64,000 bases of DNA. Origin: Candidatus Latescibacterota bacterium. Its GTDB lineage: Bacteria; Latescibacterota; UBA2968; GCA-2709665. The DNA lies in contig OZ220733.1 of assembly GCA_965116875.1 (NCBI GenBank), forward strand, positions 4,416,001 to 4,480,000, in the 5' to 3' direction. Of this stretch, positions 1 through 10,240 are shown one piece after another. Each line of letters begins with the position of its first letter. The first letter of the stretch is position 1. The notes beneath the pieces were generated by a model. That model was not told the DNA's origin and searched no databases. It saw only the letters and a list, made by a program, of their open reading frames with translations. A program made the translations under genes and the position numbers.

Positions 1-1258
1 CGTCCGACCAGGGGTTGTACACCAGCAGGTCCTCGCGATCGTCGCCGCACAGGTTGGCGGGTACGGCGTGATACCAGCCCATTTTCTCAGGACCGGTCGG
101 AGGCGGCAGGTCCGGAAGGACCACCGCGGGATCGCCATTGCCGTGAAAGAGAATCCCGCCGTTGTACAGCATTGCGGGCGAGTCGAATCCGTTCCAGTAA
201 ACCGTTTCCATCCCTGTTTCGTTCGGCGACCGGTTGAGTCGGAATCGCCGTACGATCTTTCCGCCGTTATCCGCCAGAAGAACGTCGGGATGGTGCCCGA
301 GATACCGGATGGCCATTTGAGGCGCAGGTTCGTCCGGCAAAAAGGCGGCCACCCTGACTTCCTGTCCGTGCGGGACCGTACCTTCGCCCAACGCCAGAAC
401 GGTCCTGCCGTTTTCGTCCAGTACGTGACCGCCGCCTGAACAGATGGCGCGCATTCGTCCGTTGTCCCACGGCTGGATGCAGACGGAGTCCATATTGGGC
501 GCAAGCTGGCATTCCCAGCGGGGCGCGCCGTCCGAATCCAGAATGAAGTACCCGCCCAGGACCTCGTCACGCCCGTCGCCGGTCAGGTCGCCCACGGCGG
601 GAATGTACGCGGAGCAGCGGCCGTATTCGTTCCACGGGATGACGTAGTCCCACAGAAGGTCCAGGTTCTGGTCGAACGCAAGGACCCGATCACCCAGCTT
701 GACGACGATATCCCGGGCAGCGGCTGTGCCTCTCAGGTTGGCAATCAACAGGCGCTGATGAAACCAGTTGGCGCCCCAGCCTTTGCATGCCTTGAGAATC
801 TCCGGTCGGGACTCCAGCTTCAGCGCACCGGTCGCGCCGTCACGGATCTGGACCGTTACATCCTCGAGGGACTCTTTGGCGGTGGCGCCGTCGGGGCGAT
901 GGAAGAAGCAGATGACCTCGCTCCTGCCGTCGGCGTCAATGTCATGGATCGACACGGAACACGGACGAAGGGGTTGTACGCCGCCTCCGCCGTCACTCCA
1001 GAGAATGTCACCGTCGAGGGTAAAGGCGCCCAGAAAACAGGGTTTGAGTTCACTCGCCTGATCGCAGCGGTAGACCAGCAGATCGGCGCGCCCGTCTCCC
1101 GTGAGATCGCCCAGCCGGAGATCCCCGCCAAAGCACAGATTCCGGCACTCGAACCCGCGGTGCGTGAGGAGCGCGTCCGGAATCCGGACTCGCCGGTAGA
1201 GAACGGCCGGGGCGGCGTGGTACTTCATCCGGCTGCCGGCCGAATGCGATAAAGGCAT
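1..1258 (-). CDS. FG-GAP/rhamnogalacturonan lyase (PL11)-like beta-propeller protein, 3' end runs off the window
   Basis: Missing from the ORF track because there is no stop in the window. Manual minus-strand translation from ATG 1258 gives MPLSHS...GDLTGDGRADLLVY...IHDIDADGRSEVI...; the left end reads ...ANLCGDDREDLLVYNPWSD in the same frame. Repeated DxxGDGxxE/D Ca-binding blades. Confidence 0.7.
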   Translation of the reverse strand, partial: MPLSHSAGSRMKYHAAPAVLYRRVRIPDALLTHRGFECRNLCFGGDLRLGDLTGDGRADLLVYRCDQASELKPCFLGAFTLDGDILWSDGGGGVQPLRPCSVSIHDIDADGRSEVICFFHRPDGATAKESLEDVTVQIRDGATGALKLESRPEILKACKGWGANWFHQRLLIANLRGTAAARDIVVKLGDRVLAFDQNLDLLWDYVIPWNEYGRCSAYIPAVGDLTGDGRDEVLGGYFILDSDGAPRWECQLAPNMDSVCIQPWDNGRMRAICSGGGHVLDENGRTVLALGEGTVPHGQEVRVAAFLPDEPAPQMAIRYLGHHPDVLLADNGGKIVRRFRLNRSPNETGMETVYWNGFDSPAMLYNGGILFHGNGDPAVVLPDLPPPTGPEKMGWYHAVPANLCGDDREDLLVYNPWSD

Positions 1259-1275
1259 GTGAGCTGTTTCTGAGG

Positions 1276-1341
1276 GTAGCAGCCCGTTGAAAAAGTCCAT
1301 CCGGCCTCGCCTGCAGAGCGACTTTATCAACGGACTGGTAG
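1276..1341. mobile_element. 58-bp miniature inverted-repeat element (MITE) with 4-bp GTAG target duplication
   Basis: CAGCCCGTTGAAAAAGTC (1280-1297) and GACTTTATCAACGGACTG (1320-1337) are 16/18 inverted repeats, flanked by GTAG at 1276-1279 and 1338-1341. Confidence 0.65.
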
Positions 1342-1354
1342 CGAAGCGCGAGGA

Positions 1355-1660
1355 CTACTCCTGCCGGTCCGCCTCGTGCTCTCGCCGAAGTCGGAGCACG
1401 CGATCGAATTTTTCAGACAGGCTTTCTCCGGGTCGGGAAAACCGGAGCATGGTCTCGTGAGACATCACCATCATCGTGCCCAGTTCCGGGTCGGGATACC
1501 GGCAGAAGCTGTGTTTGACTTCCTGTCCGGTAACGCAGCAGTGGGTTTCGAGGGGAAATTCGAAATCGCCGTCGAGCAGACTGCCTGATTTGCTGCCAAC
1601 GTCCGAATCACTTTCGGCAGGTATCTTGTAGTCGGGGTAGAACTGGTCCTGGTCAGACAT
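1355..1660 (-). CDS. small hypothetical protein (101 aa, HCC...C motif)
   Basis: ORF with good RBS (AAGGAG) upstream; fills the gap between genes. Confidence 0.7.
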   Translation of the reverse strand: MSDQDQFYPDYKIPAESDSDVGSKSGSLLDGDFEFPLETHCCVTGQEVKHSFCRYPDPELGTMMVMSHETMLRFSRPGESLSEKFDRVLRLRREHEADRQE

Positions 1661-2018
1661 CTGATATTCACTCCTTGAACTTGGTTCCAGGTTGCCTCCG
1701 GGGGTTTCCCCGGCCGGTCGAACCCGATGAACCTCGGCTGGTTGATGCGCGCGATGAAGAGCAGAGAAATATATGCTTCCGGACCGTCGTTTGTCAACAG
1801 AAACAGACGGATTTCCCGAGACCGTGTGCGAAAATCGCCGGTTTGGCGGGCAATCCGGTGCGCCGGCAGGCCGGCGGACCCGGCTGGAGATCAGGCGGGT
1901 TCGGGTGCCTCCCTCCGGCCCCGCGCGAGTGCTTTGGGCTTGATTTCAGCATCCGGAATTGCTTATTTTTGTGTTGAACCTTTGTGGTCCTGAGGAGGAA
2001 CCGAGTGGTGGAGGGTTG

Positions 2019-3539
2019 ATGGAGATTGAATTGCTGATCGACTGGCTACAGTCGGCATTGCTGATCCTGTATGGCGTTACCCTTGGTCTGTTGCTGATCT
2101 TCAGTCTGCACCGGCACGTGATGGTGCGATTGTATTACAAGAATCGGCGCAAGCGTCCCGCCCCGGCCGGCCGGTTCGAGGAATTGCCGCGCGTGACGGT
2201 ACAGTTGCCGGTCTACAACGAACTGTACGTTGTGGAACGTCTGATCCGGGCGGTGGCGGACTTCGACTATCCGCGGGACCGCCTGGAAATCCAGGTCCTT
2301 GACGATTCAACGGACGAGACCACCGAGGTGGCCAGGCGCTGCGTGGCGGAATTGAGAGCGGCCGGACACAATATCGTCTGCCTGCATCGAACGGACCGCA
2401 CGGGCTATAAAGCCGGCGCTCTTGGTGAGGGCCTGCGAGTTGCCGGCGGCGAGTACGTGGCCGTATTCGACGCCGATTTTCTGCCGCCCAGAGAATTCCT
2501 CAAAAAGACGATCCACTATTTTACCGATGAGGGAGTGGGTCTGGTGCAGGCCAGGTGGGAGCACCTGAACCGGGACTATTCACTGCTGACGCAGGTACAG
2601 GCTATTTTCCTCGACGGGCATTTCGTCATGGAACACGGCGCCCGCAGCAGATCCGGGTTTTTCTTCAATTTTAACGGCACGGCGGGAATATGGCGCAGAA
2701 CGTGCATCGACGATGCCGGTGGATGGGAGAACGACACGCTGACGGAAGACCTGGACCTGAGCTATCGTGCGCAACTGGCGGGGTGGCGGTTTCTGTTTCT
2801 GGATGACCTGGCTGCGCCGGCGGAATTGCCGGTTGAGATGAATGCGTGGAAGACACAGCAGTTCCGCTGGTCCAAGGGCTCGGCGCAGACCGCCCGCAAG
2901 CTGATCGGGCGCGTCCTGCGTGCGAAATTGCGGTGGCGCGTAAAGCTCGAAGCGCTGATCCATCTCAGCGGCAATTTCGCTTATCTGCTGATGGCTATGC
3001 TGGCCGCTTTGATCTTTCCTGCCGTACTCGCCCGTCTCGAACTCGGGTGGTTTCGTGTTGTCTTCGTAGACCTTCCTCTGTTTGTTTCCGCGACCGGGGC
3101 GGTATCCCGGTTTTATATCTATTCGCAGAAGGAACTCTATCCGGACTGGATCCGCCGCATCAAATATATGCCGTGCGTGCTGGCCGCGGGTATGGGAATC
3201 TCGTTCAACAACGCCCGGGCGGTACTCGAAGCGCTGGCGGGGCACCAGACTGAATTTACGCGCACGCCGAAGTACCAGGTCGTGGACCGCCGTGACACCT
3301 GGCGCGGCAAGCGATACGCGGTGAACAAGAATGTCCTGTCCGTCGTCGAACTCGCCGTTGGATTGTATTTCCTCTGGGTGATCGGCTTTGCGATCGACAA
3401 TGCGATCTATTTCCCGGTACCCTTTCTCGCGCTCTTCAGCCTGGGTTTCTTCTACGTGGGATGGCTGTCGCTGTTTCAGGGGCGTTTTGAGCGACTGCGT
3501 GCCGCACTCTCGAGAACGGAAGCACCCGCTGCCGATTAA
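2019..3539 (+). CDS. processive glycosyltransferase family 2 (cellulose synthase-like)
   Basis: QLPVYNE, LDDSTD, GYKAGAL, FDADF, TEDLD and QQFRW motifs; N- and C-terminal TM helices; start refined to ATG 2019 after GGAGG. Confidence 0.9.
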   Translation: MEIELLIDWLQSALLILYGVTLGLLLIFSLHRHVMVRLYYKNRRKRPAPAGRFEELPRVTVQLPVYNELYVVERLIRAVADFDYPRDRLEIQVLDDSTDETTEVARRCVAELRAAGHNIVCLHRTDRTGYKAGALGEGLRVAGGEYVAVFDADFLPPREFLKKTIHYFTDEGVGLVQARWEHLNRDYSLLTQVQAIFLDGHFVMEHGARSRSGFFFNFNGTAGIWRRTCIDDAGGWENDTLTEDLDLSYRAQLAGWRFLFLDDLAAPAELPVEMNAWKTQQFRWSKGSAQTARKLIGRVLRAKLRWRVKLEALIHLSGNFAYLLMAMLAALIFPAVLARLELGWFRVVFVDLPLFVSATGAVSRFYIYSQKELYPDWIRRIKYMPCVLAAGMGISFNNARAVLEALAGHQTEFTRTPKYQVVDRRDTWRGKRYAVNKNVLSVVELAVGLYFLWVIGFAIDNAIYFPVPFLALFSLGFFYVGWLSLFQGRFERLRAALSRTEAPAAD

Positions 3540-3596
3540 CCCCATCGTTGTGTCAACGAACTGTTGGAAACCTGTTGACCAGGCGGATTCCCGGTC

Positions 3597-4490
3597 ATGG
3601 CAACCATCGGACGATTATTCGCGAATCGTTATACGCTGGCATACGCGGCGGCGCTGGCTGTACATCTGCTGTTTTTTGTCTTCTACGTCCCCCTGTTGAG
3701 CCTTGTGCCGGAACCGCTTCTCGACGCGGCCGTCCCCGAGTTCAGTCCGATGTCGTTCGAGTTCGTCGAACTGCCCCGCACGGCGCCGGACGAACAGCCG
3801 CCCGACGAGACACCGTTGCGGTCAGACCGGGTCTCGCGGGCGAAGGACATGGCCGACGCGGACCTGCCCGCATCGCACCTTCCCTACGCCGCCGGTCTCG
3901 CGCAGTCACCCTCAGAGCCCCGGACCGGGATCGGTCTGGAGGGCGAGGGAGGTGCGCGCGGCGAGGCCGATGCCCGGGCGGACGTCGACCCCGTCCGGCG
4001 TACGGACGCGGAAGACGAGACGAATCTCACGGATTTCGCGTCCGAGTTGAAGGAACGGAATGCGTGGTCCCCGGAACCATCCGGGCGTGCACTGTTCGGA
4101 CGTCCGGACGCGCCGGGCGTCATTCCCATGAAGAACCTGCAAAGCCACGCCCTTGAGCAGGGAGGCCTGCAACTGAGCACGTATGACTGGGAATTTGCGC
4201 CGTACCTGGCATACCTCAAACGCCATATTGGAGACCACATTCATCCGCCGGCCGCATTTACGAAACTGGGCATTATTCAGGGCCGGACCCGGCTGAAATT
4301 CAGGATAATGCCCGACGGCCGCCTCGCGTATCTGGAGGTGATCGACTTCGACGGCAGCCCGTACCTGCGGGATACCAGCATTCGTGCGGTGGAGCTGTCA
4401 GCCGATTTCCGACCTCTGCCGGCGCATTTTCCGGACGACTTTCTGGATATCTCCGCCCTGTTCCACTATCTGATACTTGATCCCCGATAA
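3597..4490 (+). CDS. TonB/TolA-family energy transducer
   Basis: N-terminal TM helix with His (LAVHLL), acidic Pro-rich linker, C-terminal TonB_C-like domain (FRIMPDG...FRPLP); lies upstream of exbB/exbD. Confidence 0.75.
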   Translation: MATIGRLFANRYTLAYAAALAVHLLFFVFYVPLLSLVPEPLLDAAVPEFSPMSFEFVELPRTAPDEQPPDETPLRSDRVSRAKDMADADLPASHLPYAAGLAQSPSEPRTGIGLEGEGGARGEADARADVDPVRRTDAEDETNLTDFASELKERNAWSPEPSGRALFGRPDAPGVIPMKNLQSHALEQGGLQLSTYDWEFAPYLAYLKRHIGDHIHPPAAFTKLGIIQGRTRLKFRIMPDGRLAYLEVIDFDGSPYLRDTSIRAVELSADFRPLPAHFPDDFLDISALFHYLILDPR

Positions 4491-4505
4491 CACCGGAGCT
4501 GCCGC

Positions 4506-5129
4506 ATGGGATGGGAGCTGTTCGAGCAGGGTGGTCTGATGATGTATCCGCTTTCTCTTTGTTCGATCCTCACCCTGGCCATCACGCTTGAGCGGGCGTT
4601 CAGTCTGCGCCGCCACCGGATCATCCGGGGGGAGATCGTCAGCGTGATCGAGAACATAAAGGGCCAGGCGGACATCGGTCTTGCGGTGTCCGTGTGCAAC
4701 CAGTACGAAGGACCCTTCGCCCAGGTTGTTCGCACGGCGCTGGAAAGCCGCCACCTTCCTCCGGATGAGATTAAGGAGAGCATTGTGGATCAGGGCCGCC
4801 AGGAAATGGGCAAGTTGCAGAAGGGGATCGTCATCCTGGAGACCGTTGCCAGTGTTTCCCCGCTGCTGGGTCTTCTGGGTACCGTTCTCGGGATGATCAA
4901 GGTTTTTCGTGAAATATCGGAAGTGGGCATCGGACAGGGCAACCTGCTTGCGGGAGGTATCGCGGAAGCGATTCTGACAACCGGCGCGGGGTTGTTTATC
5001 GCGATACCGGCACTGGTCTTCTTCAACTATTTCAGCAGCAAGGCGGAGAGTCTTGTTCTCGAGATCGAGAAATATTCCAATACGCTTCTGAAGAAGCTAC
5101 GCGGCTTCCAGGTTCGCGAACCCGAATAA
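4506..5129 (+). CDS. exbB: MotA/TolQ/ExbB proton channel protein
   Basis: SPLLGLLGTVLGMI and GIAEAILTTGAGLFIAIPA motifs. Confidence 0.9.
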   Translation: MGWELFEQGGLMMYPLSLCSILTLAITLERAFSLRRHRIIRGEIVSVIENIKGQADIGLAVSVCNQYEGPFAQVVRTALESRHLPPDEIKESIVDQGRQEMGKLQKGIVILETVASVSPLLGLLGTVLGMIKVFREISEVGIGQGNLLAGGIAEAILTTGAGLFIAIPALVFFNYFSSKAESLVLEIEKYSNTLLKKLRGFQVREPE

Positions 5130-5142
5130 TAGTGGCGGCGCC

Positions 5143-5556
5143 ATGCAGTTTTATCAGAAACCGAAACGTCGGCCGTACATCAATATCACGTCGCTGATCG
5201 ACGTGCTGTTCCTGCTGCTTACATTCTTTCTTGTGACGACGTCTTTCATCGAGCAGTCCGCGTTGAAGGTGGAACTGCCGTCCATGGAAAACGCGGACCG
5301 GGTTCAGCAGCCGAAACGTTTTGTGCTGGACGTGGATCCGGATGGCGGGATCCAGTACGACGGCCAACCGGTGGAGCGTGCCGGGCTCGGGGTACGGCTG
5401 CAGGCGGCTTCCGATGAGATCAACGCCTCCGGCGGCCTTGTGCTGCGCGCCGATCGGGATCTTCCGCATGGCGAGGTGGTTGGCGTTCTGGATATTATAC
5501 GGGGGGCCGGGATCCGGCGTTTCGTTATTGCAACGGAGACCGCCGGACCCGGATGA
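5143..5556 (+). CDS. exbD: ExbD/TolR biopolymer transport protein
   Basis: INITSLIDVLFLLLTFF, LRADRD and VVGVLD motifs. Confidence 0.9.
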   Translation: MQFYQKPKRRPYINITSLIDVLFLLLTFFLVTTSFIEQSALKVELPSMENADRVQQPKRFVLDVDPDGGIQYDGQPVERAGLGVRLQAASDEINASGGLVLRADRDLPHGEVVGVLDIIRGAGIRRFVIATETAGPG

Positions 5557-5621
5557 GAGTCTTCCTCTCGCAACGTCTTTGGTTGGGCGATCTGCCCGGG
5601 TCAGGTTCTACAGGAGGAGGC

Positions 5622-6944
5622 ATGCCCAGTTTTCAGCGATGGTTCGTCATTGGCGTCATTGCGGTTCTGGCGGGGTGCGGGGAGGATGAGAGAGGACCGT
5701 CACGCCGTGGCGGGCAGCGACGGGGCGCGGCGGTACCCGTGAAGGTGGAACCGGTGAGTCGTCGCGATATTTCGAGTTCAATTCTGGCCAATACGACGCT
5801 GGAGGCGTTTCAGTGGGTCGAGGTGCGTTCCAGGACGTCGGGACAGGTCGTGGCAATCCACAGAGAAGAGGGTGACCGCGTAAGCCCGGGCGCGGTGCTG
5901 GCGCGTCTGGATTCCACGGAGCCGGCGCTGCAGGTCAGACGCATGGAGGTGGCCTACCAGGACGCGCGCCGCGCTTACGAGAGAGACGAAAAACTGTTCA
6001 AGCGGGAACTTCTCAGCAACGAGATGTATGAGAATTCCAGGGGGCAGATGGACCGGGCGCAGACCGAACTGGAGCAGGCGAAGCTGAACCTGAGTTATAC
6101 CTCCATCGTTTCGCCGCTTGCCGGCACGGTGACCATTCGAAGCGTGGAGGTCGGCAACATGGTCACCGCGAATCAGGCCGTGTTTTCGGTGGCGGACTTC
6201 GACCCGCTGCTGGCGCGCATCAGGATCCCGGAGAAGAATATGGGCAAAGTCGCGATCGGCCAGGGCGCGAAGGTCTCGGTGGAGTCCGATCCGGGCCGGC
6301 TGTTCCGCGGCGTCGTGAAGATGATCAGCCCCGTTGTGGATCCGGAAAGCGGGACCATCAAAGTCACCATCCAGATTCCAGGCGGCGGAAACGGAATCCT
6401 CCGGCCCGGCATGTTCGCATCCGTACACATCATTACCGAGGTCCACAGGAACACGCTGGTAATACCCAAGAAAGCGCTCGTCCTGGAGGGGGAAGGAAAT
6501 CACGTGTTCGTATATGAGCCGGACGGGGAGCAGGGTGGAGGAAAGGCGGTTCGCAGGAAGGTCGGTATGGGGTTTGCGGACAATGAGCACCTGGAGATTC
6601 TGAAGGGCCTGGCCGAAGGCGAGCGGGTCATCACCGTCGGTTACGACGGCCTGCGCCCGGGCACTGCCGTGCGGCTTGTCGGCGAAGGGGTTCCGGAAAC
6701 GGCCGCGGCCGGCGCCGCGCCGGGCGGAGGGCGCGAAAGCGGGCGGCCTGCGGGGGGTGATAGCGGTCAGCTGAATGCAATGAAGGAGAGGATGTTCGCC
6801 CGGTTTCCCGATCTGAAAAAGGCCTACGACGCACGCGTGAAGAAAGACCCGGACCTCGCGACAAGCGGTGAAAAGTGGCGCGCGTTCATGGGTGAGATGC
6901 GGCGGCAGGGCATCCTTCCGGCAAGAGGCGGGAGACCGCAATGA
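5622..6944 (+). CDS. RND efflux periplasmic adaptor (MFP) lipoprotein
   Basis: Lipobox VLAGC; lipoyl/hairpin motifs (EEGDRV, IVSPLAG, LRPGMFA, LVIPKKAL); RBS AGGAGG before ATG 5622. Confidence 0.9.
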   Translation: MPSFQRWFVIGVIAVLAGCGEDERGPSRRGGQRRGAAVPVKVEPVSRRDISSSILANTTLEAFQWVEVRSRTSGQVVAIHREEGDRVSPGAVLARLDSTEPALQVRRMEVAYQDARRAYERDEKLFKRELLSNEMYENSRGQMDRAQTELEQAKLNLSYTSIVSPLAGTVTIRSVEVGNMVTANQAVFSVADFDPLLARIRIPEKNMGKVAIGQGAKVSVESDPGRLFRGVVKMISPVVDPESGTIKVTIQIPGGGNGILRPGMFASVHIITEVHRNTLVIPKKALVLEGEGNHVFVYEPDGEQGGGKAVRRKVGMGFADNEHLEILKGLAEGERVITVGYDGLRPGTAVRLVGEGVPETAAAGAAPGGGRESGRPAGGDSGQLNAMKERMFARFPDLKKAYDARVKKDPDLATSGEKWRAFMGEMRRQGILPARGGRPQ

Positions 6945-9900
6945 AGCTGATCGAGTTTTCGACGCGCCGACGGGTTACGGTTACGATGTTTGTCGTCGCG
7001 GCCGTGATCTTCGGTCTGGTTGCGTTCCGCAGGCTCGCGATCAATCTGCTGCCCGACATCACGTATCCCACGCTCACGGTGCGGACGGAATACGAAGGCA
7101 CGGCGCCGTCGGAAATGGAGCGCCTGGTGACGGAGCCGGTGGAGGGGGCAATCGGGGTGGTGACGAATGTCGTCCGGGTGAGTTCCACGTCCCGCCCCGG
7201 CGTGTCCGAGGTGATCGTGGAGTTTTCCTGGGGTACGGACATGGACTTCGCATCCCTGGACGTGAGGGAAAAACTGGACCGGTTGCAGCTTCCCCAGGGA
7301 GCGGAAAAACCGGTCCTCTTGCGTTTCGATCCGTCACTGGACCCGATCATGCGGATCGGGCTGTACGGGCCCGAAAGCCTGGTCGCGCTTCGGCTGTTGG
7401 CCGAGGAGCACATCAAACTGGACCTGGAAAGCCTCGAGGGGGTCGCCGCGGCGCGCGTGAACGGAGGGTTGGAAGAGGAAATACACATTGAAATTGATGA
7501 ACCCAGGCTGGCGGCGCTGCGCATCCCGGTACAACAGGTCGTGGCGCGCCTGGGACAGGAGAACGTGAATCTGACCGGCGGACAGCTTAAGGATGGCGAG
7601 GCGGAATATGTTGTGCGCACGGTGAACGAGTTCCGTTCGGTCGAGGAGATTCGGGACATCGTTGTGGGCGAACGCCAGGAGGCCGCGATTACGCTTGCCG
7701 ACGTGGGCCGCGTGTTTCGGGGGCACAAGGAACGGAAAGTCATCAACAGAATGAACGGGCGCGAAAGTGTGGAACTGGCGGTGTACAAGGAGGGCGACGC
7801 CAATACAGTGACCGTGGCCGCGCGGGTTTCCACAGCGCTGGAACGATTCAGGAAAGAGGCGGGCGCGGTGCCCGCGGGCACCCGAATCGAGGTGGTTTTC
7901 AGCCAGGCGACGTTCATCAGGGCATCTGTCGGTGAGGTGCTCAATACTGCAATTCTTGGCGGGATCCTGGCGGTGGTGGTGCTTTATCTGTTCCTGGGTA
8001 ATCCCGGAAGCACGGCGATCATCAGCCTTTCCATCCCGATTTCCGTCGTATGCACCTTTCTGTTGATGTTCAGTTCGGACGTCAGCCTGAATATCATGTC
8101 CCTCGGCGGGTTGGCGCTGGGCATCGGCATGCTGGTGGACAATTCTATTGTCGTGCTCGAAAGCGTTCAGCGGTACCGGGAGGAGGGTCTGGCGTCCCGG
8201 GAGGCGACGGTCAAGGGAGCCGGTGAAGTCGGGAAAGCGGTCGTTGCATCCACCCTGACTACGATCTGCGTCTTCGTGCCCATCGTCTTCGTGGAAGGAA
8301 TCGCCGGCCAGTTGTTCCGGGACCAGGCGCTGACCGTCACGTATTCGCTGGTCGCCTCTCTACTGGTGGCGCTCACCCTGATCCCCATGCTGGCGTCGAT
8401 CGATTTCGGCCGGAATGACCCGGCGTCGGGAACCGCCCACGGCCGCCCGCGCCCGGACGTCAATCCGGGTCTCGCGACCGTATTCCGCACTTTTCTGCGC
8501 GTGGGCAGGGCGCTGGGGAAAGTGGTGATCTCCCTGCTGAACCCGGTTTTCTGGCTCTTCGACCGGATATTGGGGAGTGCGTACCGGCTGTATCCCCGGG
8601 TGATCGGCTGGGCGCTGGGTCATCGCGCGGTGGTGCTCATTGTCGCGCTGTCGCTTGCCGGGGTGTCAGGATTGCTCGCAGGGTTTCTCGGCAGCGAGTT
8701 GATTCCGGAGATGAGCCAGGGCGAATTCAGCATCTCCGTGACCATGCCGGTGGGTACCCCTCTGGTCGCCACCGAACGGGCGATACGCGGCATGGAACGG
8801 ATTGTCCAGGCTCAGCCGGAGGTGGAACTGGTTTACAGTACCGTGGGCCTGAGCGGGTCGTCCGACGGTTCGGCCGGAGAGGAGCGCGAGAACGTCGGCC
8901 AGATCCACGTGGCGTTGAAAGACGGTATCATACGGGAGCGGGAAGACGCCGTGATGGAACGGCTGAGGAGTGCGTTCCGGGGGATGCCGGCCGCGGAGAG
9001 CAAATTCGCCCGCCCGTCGTTTTTTTCCTCACGGACGCCCATCGAGGTTGAGATATCGGGATATAACCTCGGCACGTTGCGGACGCTTTCCGACGAACTT
9101 GCGGGCCGGCTCGAGAACCTCCCCGGCCTTGTCGACGTAAAAACAAGCGCGGAGGGTGGCAATCCGGAGGTGCAGATCCGGTTCAATCGGAAATGGGTGG
9201 CGCAGATGGGGACAAGCATCAGCGAGATTGGCAGGCTCGTGAGGAACAAGATCCAGGGCGAGGTGGCCACGGAGTTCGCCCGGGGCGACAGGAAGGTGGA
9301 TATTCGCGTGCGTGCGGACGAGCGGCACCGTGCGACCGTGGACGATCTCAAACGTCTGATTGTGAGTCCGCCGGGTGCGTCGGCTCCCATCCCCCTCGAG
9401 GTGGTTGCCGACCTGTCCGTCGAAATGGGTCCTGCCGAGATCCTGCGGACGGACCAGGAGCGCGTCGCAGTCGTCTCCGCAAACCTCGAGGGACGGAGTC
9501 TGAGCGAGGCGGTGGCCGACATCGAGTCCTTGATTCGGGATATAGTCTATCCTCCTGACTATCATGTCAAAATCGGCGGTCAGAACGAGGAGCGCGAACG
9601 GTCGTTCGAGAGTATGCGGCTGGCCATCCTGCTGGCGGTCTTCCTGGTGTACCTGGTGATGGCTTCCCAGTTCGAGTCCCTGGTCCATCCATTTGTCATC
9701 ATGTTCTCGATTCCGTTCGGCCTCGTCGGCGTGGTCTGGATGTTGCTGGTTACAGGTCAGACGGTGAGCGTGGTCGTGCTGATCGGGCTGATTATGCTCG
9801 CGGGAATCGTCGTAAATAACGCGATTGTTTTAATTGACTACATCAATGCCCTGCGCAGGGAGCATGGAATGGGGAAGCGGGAGGCCATCGAGCGCGCATG

Positions 9901-10207
9901 CCAGGTACGGCTGCGTCCCATTCTGATGACCACGTCCACAACGGTGTTGGGTCTGTTGCCCATGGCCCTCGGCATCTTCGATTTCAGGCCTTTCGTGGCA
10001 AGCGTGGAATCCGGCCTGGCCAACCTGCTGCCCGGCGGAGCGCCGGATTCAATCATGGGGGCCCTGAACGTCGTCTTCCCCGTGGGTCAGGGCGCGGAAA
10101 TCCGCGCCCCGATGGCGATCACCGTAATTGGCGGCCTGGTGATTTCGACCCTGGTCACGCTGGTCTTGATACCCACGCTCTATTCGCTCGTCGACCGCAA
10201 GGAGTGA
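6941..10207 (+). CDS. AcrB/AcrD/AcrF-family RND efflux permease
   Basis: GMLVDNSIVVLE, GIVVNNAIVLID and RLRPILMTT motifs; 1088 aa; ATGA overlap with the MFP gene. Confidence 0.95.
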   Translation: MKLIEFSTRRRVTVTMFVVAAVIFGLVAFRRLAINLLPDITYPTLTVRTEYEGTAPSEMERLVTEPVEGAIGVVTNVVRVSSTSRPGVSEVIVEFSWGTDMDFASLDVREKLDRLQLPQGAEKPVLLRFDPSLDPIMRIGLYGPESLVALRLLAEEHIKLDLESLEGVAAARVNGGLEEEIHIEIDEPRLAALRIPVQQVVARLGQENVNLTGGQLKDGEAEYVVRTVNEFRSVEEIRDIVVGERQEAAITLADVGRVFRGHKERKVINRMNGRESVELAVYKEGDANTVTVAARVSTALERFRKEAGAVPAGTRIEVVFSQATFIRASVGEVLNTAILGGILAVVVLYLFLGNPGSTAIISLSIPISVVCTFLLMFSSDVSLNIMSLGGLALGIGMLVDNSIVVLESVQRYREEGLASREATVKGAGEVGKAVVASTLTTICVFVPIVFVEGIAGQLFRDQALTVTYSLVASLLVALTLIPMLASIDFGRNDPASGTAHGRPRPDVNPGLATVFRTFLRVGRALGKVVISLLNPVFWLFDRILGSAYRLYPRVIGWALGHRAVVLIVALSLAGVSGLLAGFLGSELIPEMSQGEFSISVTMPVGTPLVATERAIRGMERIVQAQPEVELVYSTVGLSGSSDGSAGEERENVGQIHVALKDGIIREREDAVMERLRSAFRGMPAAESKFARPSFFSSRTPIEVEISGYNLGTLRTLSDELAGRLENLPGLVDVKTSAEGGNPEVQIRFNRKWVAQMGTSISEIGRLVRNKIQGEVATEFARGDRKVDIRVRADERHRATVDDLKRLIVSPPGASAPIPLEVVADLSVEMGPAEILRTDQERVAVVSANLEGRSLSEAVADIESLIRDIVYPPDYHVKIGGQNEERERSFESMRLAILLAVFLVYLVMASQFESLVHPFVIMFSIPFGLVGVVWMLLVTGQTVSVVVLIGLIMLAGIVVNNAIVLIDYINALRREHGMGKREAIERACQVRLRPILMTTSTTVLGLLPMALGIFDFRPFVASVESGLANLLPGGAPDSIMGALNVVFPVGQGAEIRAPMAITVIGGLVISTLVTLVLIPTLYSLVDRKE

Positions 10208-10240
10208 GCGTTGGTCTCCGGGGGGTCTGCTGGAGAGGAT

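Noticed and set aside
68-1252. Plus-strand ORFs 68-439, 444-647 and 758-1252
   Set aside because: Antisense shadows of the minus-strand FG-GAP/PL11-like gene.
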